A stretch of 64,000 nucleotides of DNA from contig JBFRWI010000226.1 in assembly GCA_051439505.1 (NCBI GenBank), positions 1 through 64,000 on the forward strand, read 5' to 3'. Under the pieces are notes generated by a model. The model was not told the DNA's origin and ran no database searches. It saw only the letters and a list, made by a program, of their open reading frames with translations. The stretch is from Hormoscilla sp. GTDB taxonomy: Bacteria > Cyanobacteriota > Cyanobacteriia > Cyanobacteriales > Desertifilaceae. Positions 17,363-27,530 of the stretch are shown piece after piece; the first letter of the stretch is position 1; every line of letters starts with the position of its first letter. Both the position numbers and the translations under genes were made by a program.

Positions 17363-18584
17363 GACAATATTGAGAAAAAAAATTGGCTTGGATCCGAAAG
17401 TGATGAGTGCTAGCAAGATTAGCAAAGCAGCTCATATACGCCAAGAGGCTTGCGGCCTGCCGGATCTGCCAACTTATCTGCGGCATTTACAGGCATCCTC
17501 TCAGGAACTAGAAGCATTAATTGAAAATGTTATTGTCCCGGAGACATGGTTTTTTCGGAACCCGGAAGCATTTACTTTTCTGAGTCGTTATGGGAAAAGG
17601 AAATGGTACAATGCCAACCAGGTGCTGCGGCTGTTAAGCGTACCCTGTTCTACTGGCGAAGAACCTTACTCGATCGCCATGTGCCTGATGGATGCAGGTT
17701 TGCTGGAGCATCAGTTTCGGCTCGATGCCGTTGACATCAGCAAACGATCGCTGCTGAAAGCGAAACGGGCAGTCTACAACCAGAATTCCTTTCGCGGTAA
17801 AGACCTAACATTTCGGGAACGCTATTTTCAGCAAACACCAGAGGGTTATCAACTGTCCGAAATGGTTAGCAGGACAGTTAATTTCCGGAATGGAAATATT
17901 CTCGACCCTCTATTTCAGGGGTCAGTAGCCCCGTATCACGTAATACTTTGCCGAAATTTGTTAATTTATTTCGATCGGTCAGCCCGTTCCCGTGCTATGC
18001 AAGTATTAGATCGCTTATTAACTCCTGGAGGTTTGCTGTTTGTCGGACATGCTGAAACCGGGCAGATCCCAAGTAACCGCTTTGTATCAGTCCAGCATCC
18101 GGGAAGTTTTGCTTACCGGAAAGTAGAACAGACAAAATTGGCGGGTTCCCAAGGGTTCGCCCTAGAAACATCATTCCCCCTCACGCCACCGGTTTCTAGT
18201 CGTCCCAACCCGGTCCAGGAAAAAAGACCATTGACTATTGACAAAGGACCGCTGCCCAAGGATAATCCTCAAGAGTCCTGGCTGGAAACAGCCAGAAAAT
18301 TAGCAGATATCGGACAGCTTGATGAAGCCGCCAACCTATGCGAAACTTACCTGAAGAGCAACCGCACCAACCCTCAAGCTTACCTCTTACTGGGAGAGGT
18401 GCTGTCGGCGGCGGGGAAAAAAGATCGGGCAGAAGCTAGCTTCCAGAAAGCGATTTACTTAGAACCCAATTACTATGAAGCCCTGGTCCACTTGGCCCTA
18501 CTGAAGGAAAATCGCGGGGATATCGGGGGTGCCGCCGTCATCCGGCAGCGAATTCAACGACTGCTAAAATCTCAGCAATCTTAA
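17343..18584 (+). CDS. CheR methyltransferase with C-terminal TPR, WspC type
   Basis: Motifs PETWFFR, CSTGEEPYS and CRNLLIYF, followed by a TPR tail. Confidence 0.9.
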   Translation: MEQTAIETILRKKIGLDPKVMSASKISKAAHIRQEACGLPDLPTYLRHLQASSQELEALIENVIVPETWFFRNPEAFTFLSRYGKRKWYNANQVLRLLSVPCSTGEEPYSIAMCLMDAGLLEHQFRLDAVDISKRSLLKAKRAVYNQNSFRGKDLTFRERYFQQTPEGYQLSEMVSRTVNFRNGNILDPLFQGSVAPYHVILCRNLLIYFDRSARSRAMQVLDRLLTPGGLLFVGHAETGQIPSNRFVSVQHPGSFAYRKVEQTKLAGSQGFALETSFPLTPPVSSRPNPVQEKRPLTIDKGPLPKDNPQESWLETARKLADIGQLDEAANLCETYLKSNRTNPQAYLLLGEVLSAAGKKDRAEASFQKAIYLEPNYYEALVHLALLKENRGDIGGAAVIRQRIQRLLKSQQS

Positions 18585-18600
18585 GAATTGGAGAACAAAT

Positions 18601-20679
18601 ATGGTAAAACAGATGCGTGCCAACTCGCTGGTCGTCAAATTTCTGGTACTTTTTCTCCCCTTGTGGGTAGTGGCTAGCGCGATTTGGGGATGGATTTACA
18701 ATCAACAAGTGCAGGAGGATAAAGTGGCCCTGCTCGATCGCCAGACTGACAAGGTAGATCGGCAGGCAAAAGGATTGGTGAGTGACTTTGACTCAATTGT
18801 GTCGGACTTAATGATTCTCGCCGAGGAGAACGAACTGCAATTGATTCTGGATGGACGTCAGGCAATAGACAAGACCAAACAAGCACTTGGCAAAGAGTAT
18901 CTATTATTTGCGAGGCACAAAAAAATTTACGACCAAATTAGATATCTGGATGCCAGAGGTCAGGAAGTTGTGAGAGTCAACTTCAACCAGGGATATCCTG
19001 TAATTGTACCCTCTACAGACTTGCAATCTCAAGCAGGGCGCTATTACTTTAGAGATACCTTGGGACTGCAACAGGGAGAAGTATTTATGTCCCCCTTCGA
19101 CTTGAATATGGAAAGGGGGAAGGTGGAGCAACCCTTAAAACCAGTCATCCGCTTTGGGATGCCAGTGTTTAACAGTCGGGGACAGAAGCGGGGAATTGTC
19201 ATCATCAACTACTTGGGGGAAAAACTGCTCGATAACCTGGAAAGACAGAACTCCACAGACTCGGGCATCTCCATGTTACTCAACTCTCAGGGATTTTGGC
19301 TCAAGGGGGCCTCTCCAGAATCCGAATGGGGCTTCATGTTTCCAGACCGCAAAGACCGGACATTTGGGCGGGCTTTTCCCCAAGCTTGGCAGCGAATTTC
19401 TCAGTCGGCATCAGGACAATTTGAAACCTCTGAGGGGCTGTTCGCGTTTACGACCATCTACCCTCTGCTGGAAATAGAAAAATTACTCATGAGAGAGGGG
19501 TTTAACCAAAGTTCGAGCAATAATCAATCCTACTATTGGAAGATTGTTTCCTACGTACCGCCAGCAGTATTACAGGAAATTTCCCATAGGGATCTGTGGC
19601 AACTGCTGCCACTCTATGTAGGGATGGTGGGGGCGATCGCGATCGTCGCTTTGCTGATCTCCAAGCAGAGGCAATTGGCCGAACAAACGCGCGATCGGAT
19701 TGCGGGATGGGTCAGTGCCGCAGAAAAGATCTCTGCGGGGGATCTGACTCAAGAAATCGAAGTAGATAACCACAAGGACGAACTGGGAAAATTACTGGCG
19801 GCCTTCCAAACCATGACTGCAAGTTTAAATTCCTTAATCCGCCAGGTGCAGGAGTCCGGCATTCAGGTCACCAGTTCGACTACAGAAATTGCCGCTTCTG
19901 GCAAGCAATTAGAAGCGACGATGGCCGAACAGTCGGCCTCTACTAACGAGGTGACAGCAGCAGCTAAAGAAATTGCCTCTACCTCCTCCGAATTAGTCCA
20001 AACCATGGGGGAAGTAGGCGATCGGGCATCTCGGACTGCCAACGCCGCTGGTCAAGGTCAACAAGACCTGGCCCACATGGAGACAACCATGAATCAGTTA
20101 GTCAATAGCACTCGTACCATCTCTGCTAAACTAGGGTTAATTAGTGAAAAAGCCCATAACATCAGTAGCGTTGTCACCACCATTACTAAGGTAGCCGATC
20201 GCACCAATTTACTCTCCCTCAATGCGGCCATTGAAGCAGAGAAAGCGGGAGAAGCTGGGGCTGGTTTTGCCGTAGTTGCCCGAGAAATCCGTCGTCTGGC
20301 AGACCAAACATCTGTGGCAACCTTAGACATCGAAAGCACGGTCAAAGACATGCAATCTGCTGTTTCTACCGGAGTCATGGAAATGGATAAATTCACCAAA
20401 GAAGTAAGTACTAGCGTGGAAGATATCCGCAAGATTAGCCAGCAGTTAGTGGAGATTATCTCCCAAGTGCAAAGCCTGACCCCGCGTTTTGAAGCTGTCA
20501 GTCAAGGCATGGAAAATCAAGCCCAAAGCGCTCAGCAAATTAGCGAGACCATGAGTCAGTTAAGCGAAGTATCCCAGCAAACCGCTGACTCCCTGCATCA
20601 GACTAACAGCGCCCTCGATAATTTACACGAATCTGTGGCTGGATTACAACAAGAAATTTCGCGTTTTCAGGTCAATTAG
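18601..20679 (+). CDS. Methyl-accepting chemoreceptor (Cache-like periplasmic domain, HAMP), WspA type
   Basis: Two TM helices, HAMP DELGKL and signalling hairpin RTNLLSLNAAIEA. Confidence 0.9.
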   Translation: MVKQMRANSLVVKFLVLFLPLWVVASAIWGWIYNQQVQEDKVALLDRQTDKVDRQAKGLVSDFDSIVSDLMILAEENELQLILDGRQAIDKTKQALGKEYLLFARHKKIYDQIRYLDARGQEVVRVNFNQGYPVIVPSTDLQSQAGRYYFRDTLGLQQGEVFMSPFDLNMERGKVEQPLKPVIRFGMPVFNSRGQKRGIVIINYLGEKLLDNLERQNSTDSGISMLLNSQGFWLKGASPESEWGFMFPDRKDRTFGRAFPQAWQRISQSASGQFETSEGLFAFTTIYPLLEIEKLLMREGFNQSSSNNQSYYWKIVSYVPPAVLQEISHRDLWQLLPLYVGMVGAIAIVALLISKQRQLAEQTRDRIAGWVSAAEKISAGDLTQEIEVDNHKDELGKLLAAFQTMTASLNSLIRQVQESGIQVTSSTTEIAASGKQLEATMAEQSASTNEVTAAAKEIASTSSELVQTMGEVGDRASRTANAAGQGQQDLAHMETTMNQLVNSTRTISAKLGLISEKAHNISSVVTTITKVADRTNLLSLNAAIEAEKAGEAGAGFAVVAREIRRLADQTSVATLDIESTVKDMQSAVSTGVMEMDKFTKEVSTSVEDIRKISQQLVEIISQVQSLTPRFEAVSQGMENQAQSAQQISETMSQLSEVSQQTADSLHQTNSALDNLHESVAGLQQEISRFQVN

Positions 20680-20701
20680 AAAATCAAAACCTAGTTGGAA
20701 G

Positions 20702-22156
20702 ATGGCATTAGAACGCACTCCTAGATATCGCAAGAAGTTATATATAGGGACACTGGTGGCTGTAGTCCTCATATCCATAATCGAGGCATTTTTGACTCAG
20801 CGATCGCTCTTTCAACAGTCGAGTGATTCCCGGGTTATCAATATTGCCGGACGACAGCGGATGCTCAGCCAAAAGCTATCAAAAGCTGCCCTAGCGGTAA
20901 ATACCCATGCCGCAGAACGTCAAGAACGCTTGCAAGAACTGTCAGATGCGATCGCCCTCTGGTCCCGGTCCCATGAAGGCTTAAAAAATGGGGACGCGGA
21001 ACTAGGGCTACCAGGTAAAAACAGTTCGGAAATCACCCTGATGTTTGCGGAGATCGAACCCCATTACCAAGCCATGCTAGCAGCAGGGCGGCAAATACTA
21101 TCTAGCAATCAATCCCGGACTGCCGATATCTTACCCTTGCTGAAGACAATTCTCGCTAATGAAGTACCATTTTTGAAAGGAATGAACGAAATCGTCTTTC
21201 AGTACGAGCGAGAAGCCCAAGGCCGGGTGGAAAAATTGGAAAACATTCAGTGGTTATTACTGGCGATCGTCTTGCCAATGTTGCTTTTCTTATTTCTTAC
21301 CATAGAAAGCGTCACGAAAAACCTGAATTCCTTGATTGGCAAGATGCAGGAGTCCGGGATCCAGGTAACATCTTCATCTACGCAAATTGCCGCATCAGGT
21401 AAGCAATTAGAGGCAACGGTGACAGAACAGGTGGCATCTACCAACGAGGTGACAGCTACGGCCCAAGAGATTGCCAATAATTCTCGGGAATTAATGCAAA
21501 CAATGGAGCAAGTCGCACAGTTAGTTCAAGCTACGGCTGATGCAACCAGTAGCAGTCAGGAAGACTTGCAGCGCATGGAAACAACCATGAGTCAGTTAGC
21601 GGAGGCCACTACTGCTATTGCTGCTAAACTGGGGTTAATTAGCGAGAAAGCCAATCAGATCAATAGCGTGGTCACCACCATCACCAAAGTAGCCGATCGC
21701 ACCAATTTACTCTCCCTCAACGCGGCGATCGAAGCGGAGAAAGCCGGAGAATTTGGGGCGGGTTTTGCTGTAGTTGCCAGAGAAATCCGTCGCCTGGCGG
21801 ACCAAACCGCTGTTGCCACCTTAGACATCGAGAGTATGGTCAAAGATATGCAAACCGCTGTTTCTGCTGGCGTCATGTCAATGGATAAATTCAGGCAAGA
21901 AGTCCGTCAGGGGGTGGCAGATGTCCGCAATATTATTCAGCAAATTCAGGAGGCGATCGCCCAAGTGCAAAGTCTGACTCCGCGTTTTGAAGTCGTGACT
22001 CAAGGCATGGAAAATCAATGCATCAGCGCCGAACAAATCCGAGAAGCAATGGAGCAATTAAGCGAAGCCTCCCTGCAAACAGCAACTGTATTGCGGGATA
22101 CGAATCATACCCTGGAGCAATTACATGATGCTGCCCAACAGTTACAAATAATATGA
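20702..22156 (+). CDS. Chemoreceptor with NarX/PilJ-type nitrate-sensing periplasmic domain
   Basis: INIAGRQRMLSQK (P-box-like) after TM1, plus an MCP signalling domain. Confidence 0.85.
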   Translation: MALERTPRYRKKLYIGTLVAVVLISIIEAFLTQRSLFQQSSDSRVINIAGRQRMLSQKLSKAALAVNTHAAERQERLQELSDAIALWSRSHEGLKNGDAELGLPGKNSSEITLMFAEIEPHYQAMLAAGRQILSSNQSRTADILPLLKTILANEVPFLKGMNEIVFQYEREAQGRVEKLENIQWLLLAIVLPMLLFLFLTIESVTKNLNSLIGKMQESGIQVTSSSTQIAASGKQLEATVTEQVASTNEVTATAQEIANNSRELMQTMEQVAQLVQATADATSSSQEDLQRMETTMSQLAEATTAIAAKLGLISEKANQINSVVTTITKVADRTNLLSLNAAIEAEKAGEFGAGFAVVAREIRRLADQTAVATLDIESMVKDMQTAVSAGVMSMDKFRQEVRQGVADVRNIIQQIQEAIAQVQSLTPRFEVVTQGMENQCISAEQIREAMEQLSEASLQTATVLRDTNHTLEQLHDAAQQLQII

Positions 22157-22275
22157 GAGCATGGAGAATTTAGAATTGAGAAGAACAATTCGCAATTAGC
22201 CATTCACAATGTTCAATTTGCCATTGGCCAGCGGATATGTTAAAATGTGTCAAGACCCCTAGCTGAAAATTATCG

Positions 22276-23124
22276 ATGCTTTTGACGTCCATAGTCGATC
22301 GCTTGGGCAAACCTTACTACCAAGCACCTAACTGCTGGATTTATTGGGTAGATTGCCTGGAAGCTTTTGCCCAGTTGCCTGACAGCTCGATAAATCTAAC
22401 GATTACCAGTCCCCCCTATAACATTGGCAAAGAATACGAGCGATCGCTACCAGTGGCAGAATATCTGGATTGGTGCCAAAAATGGATTGCCATGGTTTAC
22501 CGAAGTACCCATCCAAGTGGAGCATTTTGGCTAAACTTAGGCTATTTTTCCCTGAGCGATCGGGCCAAAGCTATTCCCATTCCCTACCTGCTGTGGGAGA
22601 GAATTCCCTTCTATCTCATGCAGGAAATTGTGTGGCATTATGGAGCTGGCGTCGCCTGTAAAAAAATCTTTTCTCCCCGCAATGAAAAATTTTTGTGGTA
22701 CGTCAAAAATCCCAACAGTTACACTTTTAACTTAGATGAGGTCCGCGATCCGAATGTCAAATACCCCAATCAAAAAAAGAATGGCAAAATAAAAGTCAAT
22801 TCCCAGGGTAAAAATCCCACGAATGTGTGGCAATTTCCCAAGGTGACATCCGGCAAAAACAGATCTGCCAAAGAACGAACTCCTCATCCCGCTCAATTTC
22901 CGGTAGCGGCGATCGAACGAATTGTCAAAGCATCATCCAATCAGAACGAAATCGTACTAGATCCGTTTATGGGTTCTGGTACTACTGCGGTGGTTGCTTT
23001 AGACTTACAGCGCCCGGTGATTGGATTTGAAATTCGCCAAGACTATTGCGATATTGCTGCTGGTCGGATTGACAATTTTCTCAGTCACAAGGCAATTGAA
23101 CAATCTCAACTCTCTTTGTTTTAG
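22276..23124 (+). CDS. Beta-class N4-cytosine DNA methyltransferase
   Basis: TSPPYN precedes HPAQFP and LDPFMGSGTT. Confidence 0.85.
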   Translation: MLLTSIVDRLGKPYYQAPNCWIYWVDCLEAFAQLPDSSINLTITSPPYNIGKEYERSLPVAEYLDWCQKWIAMVYRSTHPSGAFWLNLGYFSLSDRAKAIPIPYLLWERIPFYLMQEIVWHYGAGVACKKIFSPRNEKFLWYVKNPNSYTFNLDEVRDPNVKYPNQKKNGKIKVNSQGKNPTNVWQFPKVTSGKNRSAKERTPHPAQFPVAAIERIVKASSNQNEIVLDPFMGSGTTAVVALDLQRPVIGFEIRQDYCDIAAGRIDNFLSHKAIEQSQLSLF

Positions 23125-23221
23125 GAGAAAGCGGATTTACTGGCAATCTTTTCTTTCTTTTTCGTGCGGGTGTCCCTGCTCTCCCCCACCCTCATAAAAT
23201 AAAACACTTAATAAATATCTT

Positions 23222-23824
23222 TTATAGTGGCAATTCTAGCAGCTTATAGCGCTCTACATCTAAACTTAATCGTGCTTGCTGACCTGTTGCGGCCACCTGA
23301 CCTTGCCAATCAGACCAGTCTATCCATCCAAATCGGACTAAAGTAATAGCAGGTCTTTGTGATTTTTTTTGCTTATCGAATTTTTCAAAATTTACAACCA
23401 GATAATAGCCAGATTTATCCTTTTTGCCTTTTCCACTCGTGGTGCTTTTTTGAGCGTAACTTCGATTTCCGTAGGTGCTCCGTTTGCTCGAAGATGTTTT
23501 GAGTTCTAGAGAAAATTTCTGGTTGGGAATATAGACAATATCTTTTTCCTCTTCATTTTCTTGGCCTCGCCAAATTCCTGGGTAGCGACGAGCAAATTCC
23601 AACGGAATAAGCTCGTGCAAAAATAAACCCATAATTTGGGGACGGGGAAATAAATCAACTCCAATCCTATAGCAGGCACTGGTTATATTCGATTCAAATA
23701 TTTCATCCCAAATGCGAATAATCAGTTTATAAATTTCCTCGGGATTGAGGGGATGCTGTTCTATGAGTTCCCGTGTCTTTGCCGACCATTTTTCAACGGG
23801 AATTCCTTCATAAGGTGATACCAT
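23222..23824 (-). CDS. Type II restriction endonuclease, ScaI-like
   Basis: SPY.G.P...W...T..LI.QHPL N-terminus, KDIV...SLELKTSS (D...ExK) and GNRSYAQ. Convergent with the m4C MTase. Confidence 0.7.
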   Translation of the reverse strand: MVSPYEGIPVEKWSAKTRELIEQHPLNPEEIYKLIIRIWDEIFESNITSACYRIGVDLFPRPQIMGLFLHELIPLEFARRYPGIWRGQENEEEKDIVYIPNQKFSLELKTSSSKRSTYGNRSYAQKSTTSGKGKKDKSGYYLVVNFEKFDKQKKSQRPAITLVRFGWIDWSDWQGQVAATGQQARLSLDVERYKLLELPL

Positions 23825-24046
23825 TTACTCAATTCCTTCTAACAACTCCTTTGCTGAGACTCCTAATGCTTTCGCTAATCGCAAAATATTCAACAGGGCC
23901 ACATTTCTTTCACCGCGCTCGATCCCGCCAATGTAGTTGCGGTGCAGCCCGGCTAGTTCTGCTAACTGTTCTTGCGAAAGATCTCGCGCTTTTCTCAAGC
24001 TACGCACTCTTTCGCCAAATTTTTTTAGCTCGCAATTTGTCTCCAC
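23825..24046 (-). CDS. XRE-family controller (C) protein
   Basis: HTH LSQEQLAELAGLHRNYIGGIERGERN. Abuts the REase start. Confidence 0.85.
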   Translation of the reverse strand: METNCELKKFGERVRSLRKARDLSQEQLAELAGLHRNYIGGIERGERNVALLNILRLAKALGVSAKELLEGIE

Positions 24047-24077
24047 CCCACGAACATACTGGCTGGGATAGCCTCGC

Positions 24078-24096
24078 TCTACACACTATGAGTGTG
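24078..24096 (-). promoter_or_regulatory. Putative C-box operator
   Basis: Inverted repeat CACACT-N3-AGTGTG (24082-24096). The minus strand reads ACTCATAGTGTGTAG about 35 bp upstream of the C gene. Confidence 0.6.
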
Positions 24097-24112
24097 ATCT
24101 GGATGCCCAGGG

Positions 24113-24278
24113 GCTGGTTGCCAGAGAAATCTATCGTCTGGCGGACTTCATCGCTGCTGCTACCTGAGATATTGAAACTATGGTTAAAAATATGCGATCT
24201 GCGGTTTATACTGGCGTCATGTAAATGGATAAATTCAGCTAATTACAGAATGCTGCCCAACAGTTACAAATAACATGA
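24113..24278 (+). pseudogene. Degenerate MCP 3' fragment
   Basis: Translates VAREIYRLADFIAAAT*DIETMVKNMRSAVYTGVM*MDKFS, then AAQQLQIT*. Homologous to the C-termini of both upstream MCPs. Confidence 0.8.
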
Positions 24279-24381
24279 TAGAATGGAGAATATAGAATGT
24301 AGAATTGAGAATTGAGAATTGAGAAGAACAATTAGCCATTAGCAATTAGCCATTCACAATTAACAAACAGTTACAAATAAC

Positions 24382-25041
24382 ATGATTGCAGATTGCTGGA
24401 ATAAAATAGGCGTGGCAGGCGATCGCACGTGCCCGGAACTGGAAACGGTGACTCACTGCCACAACTGTCCCGTCTATGCCACAGGGGGGCGCAGTTTACT
24501 CGATCGGGCAGCCCCCGAAGGCTATATTGATGAATGGACCAACTTACTCGCACAGCGCAAGTCTGCCGAGTCGGTCTCACAGAGTTCGGTATCAGTTCTG
24601 ATCTTTCGCCTGAAAGGAGAATGGATAGCATTACCGACTAAAATATTCAAGGAAGTCACTCCCCCCTGTGTCATCCATACCCTACCCCACCGGAGTAACG
24701 AACTCTTCCTGGGGCTGGGGAACATCCGGGGAGAAATCCAACTATGCATTGCCCTTGACCTTCTCTTAGGTATAGAAACAACAACATCCCCACCCGATAG
24801 TCCTGGCGTTGTCTATCAACGGATGGTGGTTGTGGAAAAAGCCGGAGACACCTGGGTATTTCCCGTTGATGAAATCGCGGGCGTCCACCCCGTCCAACCT
24901 CATCAATTCCAAGATGTGCCAACGGTAATCGATCGCCACCCAGAAACTTATACCAAAGCTATCATTGACTGGGACGATCTAAAAATTAATTTTCTCGACG
25001 AGCAGTTATTGTTTGATACCCTAAAAAGGAGAATTTTGTGA
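24382..25041 (+). CDS. CheW-like scaffold, WspD type
   Basis: N-terminal DCWNKIGV.GDRTCPEL...HC.NC motif typical of WspD. Confidence 0.9.
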   Translation: MIADCWNKIGVAGDRTCPELETVTHCHNCPVYATGGRSLLDRAAPEGYIDEWTNLLAQRKSAESVSQSSVSVLIFRLKGEWIALPTKIFKEVTPPCVIHTLPHRSNELFLGLGNIRGEIQLCIALDLLLGIETTTSPPDSPGVVYQRMVVVEKAGDTWVFPVDEIAGVHPVQPHQFQDVPTVIDRHPETYTKAIIDWDDLKINFLDEQLLFDTLKRRIL

Positions 25042-27431
25042 CCAACTTTCAACCAGATATGAGCAATTTTTCCATGCTAGAGTTGTTCGGCATGGAAGTA
25101 GAAACCCAGGTAGCAATTTTAAACGAAAACCTCTTAGCCCTGGAAACGTTCCTAACCCAGACAATCCCAGAAGAAGACAAAGAAAAAATGCTGTCCGCCC
25201 TGATGCGTGCTGCCCATTCGATTAAAGGTGCGGCCCGCATTGTCCAAATTGAACCTGCTGTGAAAATAGCTCACTTCATGGAGGATTGCTTTGTCGGCGT
25301 CCAAGCTGGAAATATTAGTTTGTCCCCAGATCAAATTGACGTGCTGCTGGCAGGAGTCGATCTGCTGCTAGGCATCAGTCAGGTAGGCGAACCCGGTCTA
25401 GATAATTGGTTGGCCGAACATAATCAGGAAATTGGTAATACTATTAGCGCGATCGCGGCTATTCTCGGCAGGCGGAAGACAGACCACGAACCACCCCAGA
25501 AGGATACTGCCAATTCTACCCCGAAAGCTCCCAGTCAGCAACAGGCGATCGCCCCATCTTCCCAAACCGATGCTGAAGTACCCAGTCCCAAAGAGGCGAT
25601 CGCCCCAACTTCCGAAACAGATACTGAAGTCCCCAGTCAGCAACAGATCGCCGGACCTGAAAGTCAGTCGGAAGTGACTGTCGTACCCACGACCCCCGAT
25701 CGAGTGCTGCGGGTGAGTCGAGAAAACTTAAATCGCCTCATGGGTTTAGCAGGAGAAGCATTGGTAGACGCCAAGTGGTTCGACTCCTTTGCTGATTCTC
25801 TGCTACAATTGAAGAAACGTCAAGGGGAATTGTCTCAGATTATCGAAAAATTACAAGGACATTTGCCAGATCTCAATTACCAGGGTTCCCAATATCTCCA
25901 AGCAGCCGTACAAAAGCACAACGAATGTGCAGAAATGCTGGCCGATCGCCTGAACGAAGTAGAGTTATTTTCCAGTCGTTCTGCCAATCTTTCCGATCGC
26001 CTGTACCGAGAAGTAATTGCTTCTCACATGCGTCCTTTCGCCGACGGGGTCGAGAGTTTTCCCCGGATGGTGCGAGATTTAGCCAGACAACTGCACAAGC
26101 AAGTTAAATTAGAAATTATCGGCTCGTCTACCCCAGTCGATCGGGATATTTTACAGAAACTAGAAGCGCCACTCACTCATATTATCCGCAATGCTATCGA
26201 TCACGGCATCGAACTGCCTCAAGAGCGAAAGGCCGCTGGCAAACCCGAAACAGGGACGGTGCGACTAGAAGCAGTTCATCGAGCGGGAATGTTATCAATT
26301 ATAGTTGCTGATGACGGCAACGGCATAGGTTTAGAAAAATTGCGCAGTCAAATTGTCACGCAAAAGCTGGCAACAGCAGAAATGGCAACTCAGCTAACAG
26401 AAAACGAGCTGATGGAGTTTTTATTTTTGCCCGGATTTTCCACAGCCGATCGGGTGACAGAAATTTCCGGTCGCGGCGTTGGTTTGGATGTTGCTAAAAG
26501 CATGGTGCAGGAGGTAGGAGGGACTCTGCGAGCCATTTCCCATCCAGGGGAAGGCATGAGTTTTCACTTCCAATTGCCCCTAACGCTGTCAGTCATTCGC
26601 ACCCTGTTAGTAGAAATATCTGGAGAAACCTTTGCCTTTCCCCTCACGCGCATTGAACAGGTACTTAAAGTTCCGAAAGACAAAATATATCTGGTCGAAA
26701 ACCAGCAATATTTTATCCGGAACGAGCAAAATATTGGATTGGTAGCTGCTCATCAAGTGTTAGAATTAACACCCTCAGCTACCTTCAATTCGGAATTATT
26801 GCCAGTTATAGTGATCGGCGATCGCTTAAACTATTATGGATTAGTGGTCGAGCGGTTTTTAGGAGAACGAGATTTGGTCGTCAGACCTTTAGATCCGCGC
26901 CTGGGCAAAGTTCGAGATATTAGTGCCGCCGCCCTCAGGGAAGATGGTTCCCTAGTTCTGATTGTCGATGTAGCCGATCTGGTGCGATCGATCGATAACC
27001 TCCTAGGTAGCAAGCAGTTGCACCTCGTCAGTCAGGAGGAGACAAGCTATAATGTCGAGAAACAGCAAAAGATCATTCTCGTAGTAGACGATTCGATTAC
27101 GGTGCGGGAGATGGAACGTAAATTACTGGAAAACAACGGTTACCAAGTAGAAGTTGCCGTCGATGGCATGGATGGTTGGAACGCCGTGAGAACTGGCAAC
27201 TACGATCTGATTATTACCGATGTTGATATGCCCCGCATGGACGGCATAGAACTGGTAAACCAGATTAAAACCCATCCCAATTTAAAGTCAACTCCCGTAA
27301 TTATTGTTTCCTATAAAGACCGCGAAGAGGACCGCATCCGAGGCATGGAAGCAGGGGCTGATTATTATTTAACCAAAAGTAGTTTCCACGATGATAGTCT
27401 GATCGATGCTGTCAGAGACGTGATTGGTTAA
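25038..27431 (+). CDS. CheA-like hybrid kinase (Hpt-HATPase-CheW-REC), WspE type
   Basis: Motifs RAAHSIKGAA, RNAIDHG, SGRGVGLD and a C-terminal REC (VVDDS, TDVDMP). Confidence 0.92.
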   Translation: MTNFQPDMSNFSMLELFGMEVETQVAILNENLLALETFLTQTIPEEDKEKMLSALMRAAHSIKGAARIVQIEPAVKIAHFMEDCFVGVQAGNISLSPDQIDVLLAGVDLLLGISQVGEPGLDNWLAEHNQEIGNTISAIAAILGRRKTDHEPPQKDTANSTPKAPSQQQAIAPSSQTDAEVPSPKEAIAPTSETDTEVPSQQQIAGPESQSEVTVVPTTPDRVLRVSRENLNRLMGLAGEALVDAKWFDSFADSLLQLKKRQGELSQIIEKLQGHLPDLNYQGSQYLQAAVQKHNECAEMLADRLNEVELFSSRSANLSDRLYREVIASHMRPFADGVESFPRMVRDLARQLHKQVKLEIIGSSTPVDRDILQKLEAPLTHIIRNAIDHGIELPQERKAAGKPETGTVRLEAVHRAGMLSIIVADDGNGIGLEKLRSQIVTQKLATAEMATQLTENELMEFLFLPGFSTADRVTEISGRGVGLDVAKSMVQEVGGTLRAISHPGEGMSFHFQLPLTLSVIRTLLVEISGETFAFPLTRIEQVLKVPKDKIYLVENQQYFIRNEQNIGLVAAHQVLELTPSATFNSELLPVIVIGDRLNYYGLVVERFLGERDLVVRPLDPRLGKVRDISAAALREDGSLVLIVDVADLVRSIDNLLGSKQLHLVSQEETSYNVEKQQKIILVVDDSITVREMERKLLENNGYQVEVAVDGMDGWNAVRTGNYDLIITDVDMPRMDGIELVNQIKTHPNLKSTPVIIVSYKDREEDRIRGMEAGADYYLTKSSFHDDSLIDAVRDVIG

Positions 27432-27530
27432 TTGAGAATGGCGAATGGAGAATGGAAAATGGAGAATGGAGAATGGAAAATGGAGAAGAACAATTAACCA
27501 TTCACAATTAGCCATTCACAATTTAAAAGA

